Shown here in pieces: positions 42,580 to 50,300 of a DNA stretch of 64,000 bases. Every line of letters starts with the position of its first letter. Within the stretch, counting starts at the first letter, position 1. The notes under the pieces are model-generated. The model was not told the origin of the DNA. It ran no database searches and saw only the letters and a program-made list of their open reading frames with translations. The DNA comes from Clostridia bacterium (lineage in GTDB: Bacteria; Bacillota; Clostridia; Oscillospirales; CAG-272): assembly GCA_017471825.1 (NCBI GenBank), contig JAFURQ010000013.1:13096-77095 (forward strand), read 5' to 3'. Made by a program: the position numbers and the translations under genes.

Positions 42580-44178
42580 ATGGCAACCTTCAAAGGTGTT
42601 GCTTACGCCAGATACTCCTCGGACAAGCAACAGGAATCGAGCATCACCGTTCAGCTCGCAGAGATACGACGGTTTTGCGAAAAACATAACATCGAGCTCA
42701 TACACGAATACGTGGACGAAGCTCAAACCGGAACGAACGCGAACCGAAAAGACTTTCAGCAGATGGTGCGCGACGCTCAAAAGCGAGAGTTCCAGTTCAT
42801 CATCGTTCACCGTATGGATAGATGGGCACGAAACGTTGATGATGGCAGATACTACAAAAAATACTTCGCTCGCCTCGGTATAAAAATGGTGAGCACCATC
42901 GAGGAGTTCGACGAAACACCAGAAGGAGAATTCTTCGAGCTTATGTCGATGGGTATGGCAGAGCTCTACTCAAAGAAGCTCGCTCGTGAGTCGGTTGCCG
43001 GAAAGCTGGCAAATGCGAGAGAGTGTAAGGTTCACGGCGGTACACCTTTGCTTGGATACCGAGTACAGAATAAGCACTACGTGATAGACGATCAAGAAGC
43101 GGAAATCGTAAGAATCATATTCGACCTCTTCCTCAAAGGGTACGGCTACGTCAAAATACGAAAGTACCTCGTGGCTAACGGATACAAACGCTCGGACGGT
43201 CGGGAATTCAGTGCACACTTCTACGATATACTCCGGAATCGAAAGTACATCGGAGAATACGTATACAACCGGGCACTCGAAAGAGATCCGGACGGCAAAC
43301 GCAACAACCACAAAAGCAAAAACGCCGGAGAGATAATTCGCATCCCCGGCGGTATGCCTCGCATCATAGACGACAGCACGTTCTTCAGAGTACAGGAGAT
43401 AATGGACGAAAGAAAGCATAAACGCACATCATTCGCTACCTCAAAACACTACCTGCTCTCCGGTATGATAGAATGCGGAGTATGCGGTAAGGCAATCTGT
43501 GGCAACTCGCGTGAAAAATGCGGCGGTCATCCGGAATACCGGTGCAACGGACGTGAGAAAGCCTGCTCGTTCAAAGCAATCAAAGCAGTATACCTCGAAG
43601 ATTACATAATAAATCTACTTAATAATTGCTTGTTCAGACAGGAAAACGCCGAAAACCTTAAAGAATTGATAAAAATCTGCTACATCCGGACGCACGAAAA
43701 GCTCCAGCGAGAACGCGATGCCATCATCGAAAAGACAGCAGAACTCGAGGAAATAGTCGAGAGCAATTACAGAAAATTCGACCAAGACAGTATGAAAAGC
43801 CTGCGGAAGTACCTCGAAGAACAGAATGCAGAACTCCGGTGGGAGATAAGCGAGCTCGACCATAAGATGAACCTGCTCGAAGACCGGATGATGCGCTTCC
43901 CGGCATTCAAAGAAAAAGCAATACGTAAGAGCGTCGAAACGTATATCGAGAGATTGAAAGTTTCGGATATGAACCTGCTCCGGAATGCGCTCTCGGACTT
44001 GATACATCATATCGTCATCGACAACGAAACGGTAAAAATCACGCTCTGCCTGCATCGTCTGCTCGGTGGAAATGAGCCGATACTGGCAACGGTCATCGAG
44101 AAGAGAGACAACGTGGCGCAGTTGATAAACCACCGCAAACAGAACCTCTCGTTCGCCTCGCTCGTGGTGAGTTTGTAG
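42580..44178 (+). CDS. Large serine recombinase (intact)
   Basis: VAYARYSSDKQQESSITVQ...VHRMDRWARN. Recombinase domain. CGVCGKAICG...YRCNG zinc ribbon. C-terminal coiled coil. Confidence 0.9.
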   Translation: MATFKGVAYARYSSDKQQESSITVQLAEIRRFCEKHNIELIHEYVDEAQTGTNANRKDFQQMVRDAQKREFQFIIVHRMDRWARNVDDGRYYKKYFARLGIKMVSTIEEFDETPEGEFFELMSMGMAELYSKKLARESVAGKLANARECKVHGGTPLLGYRVQNKHYVIDDQEAEIVRIIFDLFLKGYGYVKIRKYLVANGYKRSDGREFSAHFYDILRNRKYIGEYVYNRALERDPDGKRNNHKSKNAGEIIRIPGGMPRIIDDSTFFRVQEIMDERKHKRTSFATSKHYLLSGMIECGVCGKAICGNSREKCGGHPEYRCNGREKACSFKAIKAVYLEDYIINLLNNCLFRQENAENLKELIKICYIRTHEKLQRERDAIIEKTAELEEIVESNYRKFDQDSMKSLRKYLEEQNAELRWEISELDHKMNLLEDRMMRFPAFKEKAIRKSVETYIERLKVSDMNLLRNALSDLIHHIVIDNETVKITLCLHRLLGGNEPILATVIEKRDNVAQLINHRKQNLSFASLVVSL

Positions 44179-44302
44179 GTGAATTTCGCGGACGTGGGTA
44201 CGAATATGAGGAAAAAATGACGGTCTAAAAAGCATAAGAAAATGAAGAAAAAACGGTCAAAATCCCCGATTTCCCTTGAAAAATGCTGGGAAATCATCCC
44301 CG

Positions 44303-44340
44303 GGACGCGTGTACGCTTCGATTTCCCCCGGTTCCACCAA
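44303..44340 (+). repeat. Degenerate copy of the ssrA 3' end (island boundary)
   Basis: GGACGCGTGTACGCTTCGATTTCCCCCGGTTCCACCAA versus ssrA GGACGCGGGTTCAACTCCCGCCGGTTCCACCAA. The last 13 nt are identical. Confidence 0.8.
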
Positions 44341-44343
44341 AAG

Positions 44344-44376
44344 AATCGACAAGTTTCGACTTGTCGATTTTTTTAT
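44344..44376 (+). terminator. Terminator following the ssrA-end copy
   Basis: AATCGACAAG-TTTCGA-CTTGTCGATT + TTTTTT. Confidence 0.7.
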
Positions 44377-44464
44377 CCAAGCCGCAGGCTTGGTATGGAA
44401 TCAACGCGCTTGCGCGTTGTATGGAATCGCGGCTCTGCCGCGCATGGCATCACGCGTCAGCGTG
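44377..44464 (+). repeat. Array of four different mini-hairpins separated by the 9-nt word (T/C)ATGG(A/C)ATC
   Basis: CCAAGCC-GCA-GGCTTGG | TATGGAATC | AACGCG-CTTG-CGCGTT | TATGGAATC | GCGGC-TCT-GCCGC | CATGGCATC | CACGC-GTCA-GCGTG. Confidence 0.85.
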
Positions 44465-44504
44465 TATTGCTTGTTCGTCTTCTGCGAGATTTTTTAAAAA
44501 GCAA

Positions 44505-44533
44505 TTGACATACGGGGCGGCGATTGATATAAT
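44505..44533 (+). promoter_or_regulatory. Consensus promoter of the LRR lipoprotein gene
   Basis: TTGACA, 17-nt spacer, TATAAT. Confidence 0.7.
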
Positions 44534-44570
44534 CAAAGTAGAAGCAAATCTAAAATTCACGGAGGCATTT

Positions 44571-47024
44571 ATGAAAAGATTTCGCAGTTTATTTTTGCTG
44601 TTCCTGATGATCTTATTAGTATTTACCCTTGCTTCCTGCCGGCTGATTAAGGACGAGGACGGGAACGAAGGCGGCGAGGTGGACTATGAGCAGAATGCTA
44701 CCGAGGTGACGCTGTCATTTGAGCTGAACGCCGATCGCAAAAGCTACTCCGTTGCAAGATCATATACAGAGCTTTACACCGGAAATATAGTTATTCCCAA
44801 AAGGTATGCCGGTCTCCCTGTTACCGCTATCGGCAATCAGGCGTTCTACGATTGCACATCGGTCAAATCTGTAATCATTCCGGAGGGAATAAAGAGCATT
44901 GGGTCGAACGCATTTTACGGATGCTCGGGTATCAGTGAAATTGTTATACCCGATAGTGTTACCGAAATAGGCGATAACGCCTTCTTTGAATGTACGGCAC
45001 TTAGCAAGGTTGAGCTCTCTGAGGGGCTCACCGTAATTGGCGCGGCGGCATTTGGCAGATGTTGCTCTCTTACCGAAATTATTATTCCTGACAGTGTAAC
45101 CGAGCTCGGTGCGGCGGTATTTAAAGATTGCACCGTCCTGGAAAACGTTGTTATAGGAAAGAATATTACCGAAATGAAGGCCTCGGACGATCAGTATAAC
45201 GGCGATGGCACCTTTGCTAATTGCACGTCGTTAAAGCACATTGAGCTACCCGAGGGAATCAGCTACATTCCCGCCTTTGCCTTCTCGGGCTGTACATCTC
45301 TCCAAGAGATAATGATACCCGAAGGAGTTACCGAGATACAAAAATATGCCTTTTCCTACTGTAGCTCCCTGACCTCTGTTACCGTTCCCAAAAAAGTCAG
45401 TAAAATCGGCAAGTGTGCCTTTGACAGCTGTGCTTCGCTCTTTGAAATTTGCAACCAATCAGCCCTCAAGCTCAATGCCGAGGATTTTTCCTCTGTAAAA
45501 AATATAATCACCGATAGCGCAGACTCGAAAATAAGGAATATCGACGGCTTTGTTTTCTACGAGGATGGCGAGGATATCTTGCTTATTAAATACATCGGCG
45601 AGGAAACCAAGGTTACGCTTCCCGAATACGAGGACGGAAGAAAATATTCTGTAAAGCCCCGAATTTTCACCTCAACACCCAAGATAACCGAATTAACCGT
45701 TCCCGACTGTATAAGCAGCATAGACGCGCTTGCGTTTTATGATTGCACCGCGGTTGAAGCTCTGACGTTGAATTGCTCCGACGCCGAGATTGACATATGG
45801 TATTTTGAAGGGAACGAATCGGTAAAGACGGTTTACGTAAACGCTGACAACAGCTTTCACCTATCATTCCTCCGCAATATTGAAACTGCAATTTACGGCG
45901 AGGGCGTGAGCTATATTGAAGAAAACGCCTTCTCCGAATCAGGAATTAATAGGGTTGTTATTTCCTCCACTGTAACCGAAATAAGAGCTTCGGCATTTAA
46001 AAATTCGGACGTTTCCGAGCTTGCTTTTGCTGAAGGAAGCAGGCTTGAGGATATTGGTGCTTATGCATTTTCAGGCTGTGCCGACCTGAAGACGCCCGTT
46101 TTCCCCGACGGCTTGAAGACTATCGGAGAGGGCGCGTTTGCAGGTGCCGGCGTTAATAGCATCGGCTTAGGCTCATGTCTTACAAGCATCGGCGATAAAG
46201 CTTTTGAAAACAGCGCTATAAAATCAATTTTCTTCCCCGACAGTCTTAAGAGCATCGGAAAGGGGGCGTTTGCGAACTGCCTCTACCTTTCCAAGGCTGA
46301 AATAGGAGAGGAAAGTCAGCTCGAAGCTATCGGCGAGGAAGCATTCTTCCTTTGCCAAAAGCTCCACGCAATATATCTTCCAAAAAATCTTTCATACCTG
46401 GGCAGCTACGCCTTTGTAAGCTCCTCACTCAGAGTTATAAATCTTGCAGAGGACAATCCGTACTTTGAAAAGATAGATGATAATCTTTACTCGGAGGATA
46501 AAACTGTGTTTGTTCTTTGTCCTCGAAAGCAGCTTACCCCCGGCATTCTTATTCCCTATTTCGTTAAAGAAATTGCTCCGGGCGCCTTCAGAGGTATAGA
46601 CTATATTACCGAGGTTGTATTTGAAGAAGGCTCACAGCTCGAGGTTATCGGAGAGATGGCATTCTACGGCTCATCCGCAACCGAAATAACCGTCCCCGCA
46701 GGCGTTAAGATGATAGGCAAAGCGGCATTTGGTTACTGTCAATCGCTGAAAAGCGTAACCTTCGCGGACGGGATTCGACTCACCGAGCTCTCAGACGGTG
46801 TATTCTCTGATTGCTACAGCTTAAGCTCCATAACTGTTCCTGCCGACGTGCTGAAAATCGGTGAAAAGGCATTCTTCTATTCGGGCATAGTAAACATCTA
46901 TTATGACGGGTCGCTTGATATGTGGAACGAGATCGAAAAGGGACAGAGCTGGGATTCAGGTATGGGAAATTACCTAAACAACTATACCGTACATTGCTCC
47001 GACGGAATTATTGAGAAGAAATAA
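44571..47024 (+). CDS. BspA-type leucine-rich-repeat lipoprotein
   Basis: ATG 44571 after GGAGG. Lipobox LVFTLASC. Many xIGxxAFxxCxxL repeats. The ORF-track extension back to 44283 crosses the terminator and promoter and is rejected. Confidence 0.85.
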   Translation: MKRFRSLFLLFLMILLVFTLASCRLIKDEDGNEGGEVDYEQNATEVTLSFELNADRKSYSVARSYTELYTGNIVIPKRYAGLPVTAIGNQAFYDCTSVKSVIIPEGIKSIGSNAFYGCSGISEIVIPDSVTEIGDNAFFECTALSKVELSEGLTVIGAAAFGRCCSLTEIIIPDSVTELGAAVFKDCTVLENVVIGKNITEMKASDDQYNGDGTFANCTSLKHIELPEGISYIPAFAFSGCTSLQEIMIPEGVTEIQKYAFSYCSSLTSVTVPKKVSKIGKCAFDSCASLFEICNQSALKLNAEDFSSVKNIITDSADSKIRNIDGFVFYEDGEDILLIKYIGEETKVTLPEYEDGRKYSVKPRIFTSTPKITELTVPDCISSIDALAFYDCTAVEALTLNCSDAEIDIWYFEGNESVKTVYVNADNSFHLSFLRNIETAIYGEGVSYIEENAFSESGINRVVISSTVTEIRASAFKNSDVSELAFAEGSRLEDIGAYAFSGCADLKTPVFPDGLKTIGEGAFAGAGVNSIGLGSCLTSIGDKAFENSAIKSIFFPDSLKSIGKGAFANCLYLSKAEIGEESQLEAIGEEAFFLCQKLHAIYLPKNLSYLGSYAFVSSSLRVINLAEDNPYFEKIDDNLYSEDKTVFVLCPRKQLTPGILIPYFVKEIAPGAFRGIDYITEVVFEEGSQLEVIGEMAFYGSSATEITVPAGVKMIGKAAFGYCQSLKSVTFADGIRLTELSDGVFSDCYSLSSITVPADVLKIGEKAFFYSGIVNIYYDGSLDMWNEIEKGQSWDSGMGNYLNNYTVHCSDGIIEKK

Positions 47025-47072
47025 TGCACCGATTCCGATAGTAGCTTATATCCTTTTTAATCTACTCACTGA

Positions 47073-47108
47073 AACAACGCAGAATTGATATTTCTGCGTT
47101 GTTTTTTA
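47073..47108 (+). terminator. Intrinsic terminator
   Basis: AACAACGCAGAA-N7-TTCTGCGTTGTT + TTTT. Confidence 0.75.
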
Positions 47109-47128
47109 TTCAAGAGCGAAGGGCATAC

Positions 47129-47165
47129 TATGGAATCAACGCATAATTGAGCGGCTTAAAAAGCC
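47129..47165 (+). repeat. Solo TATGGAATC word plus hairpin (same family as 44377-44464)
   Basis: TATGGAATCAACGC is identical to 44394-44407. Followed by GGCTT-AAA-AAGCC. Confidence 0.7.
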
Positions 47166-47252
47166 ATTGTCAAACAGGCTTTTTTCCTCTGTAAAAACCG
47201 TGGGAAATCGCGAAGCGTTAACGGTCTTTTGTTTTTTTGTAATCAAATCCTA

Positions 47253-47280
47253 TTGATTTTTATTTAAAATGTGATAAAAT
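47253..47280 (+). promoter_or_regulatory. Promoter of the 1937-aa lipoprotein gene
   Basis: TTGATT, 16-nt spacer, TGaTAAAAT. Close sequence relative of the 36109 promoter. Confidence 0.6.
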
Positions 47281-47331
47281 ATAATTAGACAATAAATATT
47301 TTGTAGCAGACAGATACAAAAGGAGAAAAAT

Positions 47332-50300
47332 ATGAGCTTATCAAAGATAACGAAACGCATCACCGTGCTCACGATGGTGCTGATAACGGTACTGTTATCG
47401 CTTGCTCTTTCGGGTTGTGCCGAGGATACCACGGAGCTGGTATACGAGCTGAGCGATGATGGCACCGGATACCTTGTGAACACCGAGGGCAACTTCATCG
47501 GAACAGAGGTTACAATACCTGCGACCCACGAGGGCTTGCCCGTTCTGGGAATAGCGTATAAGGCATTCAAAAAATGCGAAAACCTCGAAACCGTTGTTAT
47601 TGAGAGCGGCGGCGAGGGTAATGAGGACTTTTTAATCAGCTCCGAAGCCTTCAAAAAATGCAAGGCTCTTAAAAGCGTAACCGTCAATCGCAGCGGAAAT
47701 ATCACAGTCGGTAACGAGGCTTTCTCCAAGTGTGAAAATTTTCAATCCTTCAATATTACGAGGGCAGAAGGCGTAGCACTCGACTATTACTGCTTTGAGT
47801 ACACAAATAACCTTACGGTAAGCATAAGCGGCGCCGACGTCGATATAAAAAGCTCTGTCTTTTTTGAGGTCGGCGAGAGCTCTACGCTCAATCTTACAGA
47901 CTGCACGGGTGAATTAAGAGGTTATTACACAAACCTCAACCTCGTAAACTGCACCTTTGACGTCGTTGAGGGCATCGCGGACAATCTTGTTTTGGATAAC
48001 ACTAAGCTTCTTGATGACGAGATGTGTTATTATGCCGGCAACGCCACCTTCAGAGGCACCGTAATATATCACAACAATTACGAGGACAGCTGGATCAGCA
48101 GTGATGGCGGAATTATCAAGAATCTCGTGATTGAGAGCATAGGCGAGGGCAGCGAGTTCTCACAGGTCTTTGACGGCGAGTATTACCCGCTCGCGAACAA
48201 TATTACTATCGGAAGTGGGATAACTCAAATCCCGTCGGGTGTTTTTGGTAATATGCCCACCTCGGGTCTTACGGACTGGAGCTGTAAGGACCCCCTCACC
48301 GTCACCTATGGCGGAGCAAGCGCGATATTCAAGCAGCTGCCCTACGACCCCCTGAACAACGGCAATCTGCTTCGCGGAGAGTACACTCTCAACAGTGCTG
48401 ACGGTCAGCCTGCAACGGTTACCTTCGTAGATAGCGACGGTAAGACGGTTGCAACGGTCGACACGACCATCGGCTCGGCTCTTAGCTACGATGATTATCC
48501 GTTGCTTAATATGTCTCTCGTTCCCGGCGAAATAGTAAACAGCTATTTTAAGGATGCAAACCGCACGGAAGCGTGGGTTATCAACAGTACCATCCTTGGA
48601 GATACGACCGTATACGTAAGCTACGTTGACAGGGCTCTTTTACAAAAGGCGGAGATAGAAAGAACGAACAACGGCTTGGTATTTACATCGAAGGACAACT
48701 CGACCTTTGCCTGTGAATACGATAGATACTCTCCTGTAACGTTAGATCGGATCAAGGCAAGCTTCGAGCAAAATGAGTTTGCAACTCTTAATTTTTACGC
48801 CGACGCCGAAGGCACGACATCGGTGCCGCTAATTATACACGAGATTGGCACCACTTATGTTTATGCACACGTTACCTCTTATGACAAATCGGTAACCAAC
48901 GTCTACGTTCTTGAAATCACCATCAAGGACGTTTACGAGATCACGTTCATGTCGGACGGCTCGTCATACCATCACGCCAACTGCACTGAAGGCAATACTC
49001 TCTGGTTCCCGAACGATCCCTACAAAAGAGGTCACACCTTCCTTGGCTGGTCGACCGACGGCACCGAGGACGGTATCATTTCCAAAATAGACTACGTACC
49101 GACCGCGACTCACACGCTGACTGCTGTATTCAAGCAAGATATATATACTCTAAAGATTGAAGGCACAGACCTTGAATATCAGGTAGTCTGGGCACAAAGC
49201 GTACCCCTGCCCCTTGCGGAAAGCCGCGACTACTATGATTTTGTGGGCTATGAGTACAACGGTGAGCTCGTCACGGATTATATCAATGAAAACGGATGCG
49301 GAATGCAACGTTACTTTTTCGAAGAGAGCATCACGGTTAAGCCCAGATATCTCCCAGTCAGCTACGGTGTCGTGCTCTACAACGGCACATTAAACGAGAC
49401 GATATTCTTTACGGTAGAGGATGACGATATAACTCTGCCCACACCGACTAAAGATTGGTACACCTTCGTAGGTTGGTTTACCGAGGAAAACGGCGGCGGC
49501 GAGCAGATTGCGACAATTGAAACCTCCACCCCCGAATCCCGATACCTGTACGCTCATTTTGAGCCTACCGGATACACCGTCAGATTTATGGACGGCGAAA
49601 CCGTTATAGATACGCAATCCTTCGATCACAACAATCAATCGATAGTACCCCCGACCGTTCCGCAAAAGGACGGTTACACGTCAGAGTGGCCAAATTTCTC
49701 CATCGTACCGAAGGACTTCGACGTACAGGTTGAGCGCACACCGATACATTACATAATCAACTATGAGGATACCTTTGGTAGCACACACGGAAATCCTTAC
49801 ACGTACACCGTAGAGGATACAATCACATTTGTCAGCCCCTCAAGAGAGCACTACGACTTTGTCGGCTGGAAGGACGAAAACGGGCAGATTATTACGGGTA
49901 TCTCAAAGGGCTCGATCGGTAATATCACCGTAACGGCACAGTGGGAGATAGCCAAATATACCGTTTATATGTTCACGGGCGATAATACCTATACCACGCA
50001 GAAGGTACAGTACAACACCGTGTTCAACGTTGATGCGATAGAAATACCTACCGCCACCAACAAGCTGTTCGTCGGCTGGTACAACGAGGACTACACCGAG
50101 CAAATCACGGGCAAAATCACCGTAACCGGTACCGTAAACCTCTACGCCAAGTGGCTCGATAGCGTTGCTATCTCCACGTTCGAGGACTTTGAGAAGATTC
50201 GCGAGAATCCCGCAGGCACCTTCCATCTGGCAGGTGACGTGGATATGCGCGGTGAGCTCGTCACTCCGATAAGCGATTTCAGCGGCGTTATAGACGGTAT

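Larger units (their letters stand above)
34970..44340 (+). mobile_element. ssrA-associated genomic island (about 9.4 kb) with two large serine recombinase genes; not a prophage
   Basis: Bounded by the ssrA 3' end (CCGGTTCCACCAA, 34958-34970) and a degenerate copy GGACGCG-N18-CCGGTTCCACCAA at 44303-44340. Recombinases at the distal end. Contains an AT-rich cargo segment and two frameshifted genes. Confidence 0.6.

Noticed and set aside
34970-44340. Prophage interpretation of the ssrA island
   Set aside because: No capsid, terminase, portal, tail or lysis genes are present. The cargo is surface-protein and nuclease genes plus recombinases.
44283-44570. N-terminal 96-codon extension of the LRR lipoprotein ORF given in the ORF track
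   Set aside because: The extension runs through the ssrA-end copy, a terminator, the hairpin array and a consensus promoter. ATG 44571 has a GGAGG RBS and begins a lipoprotein signal peptide.
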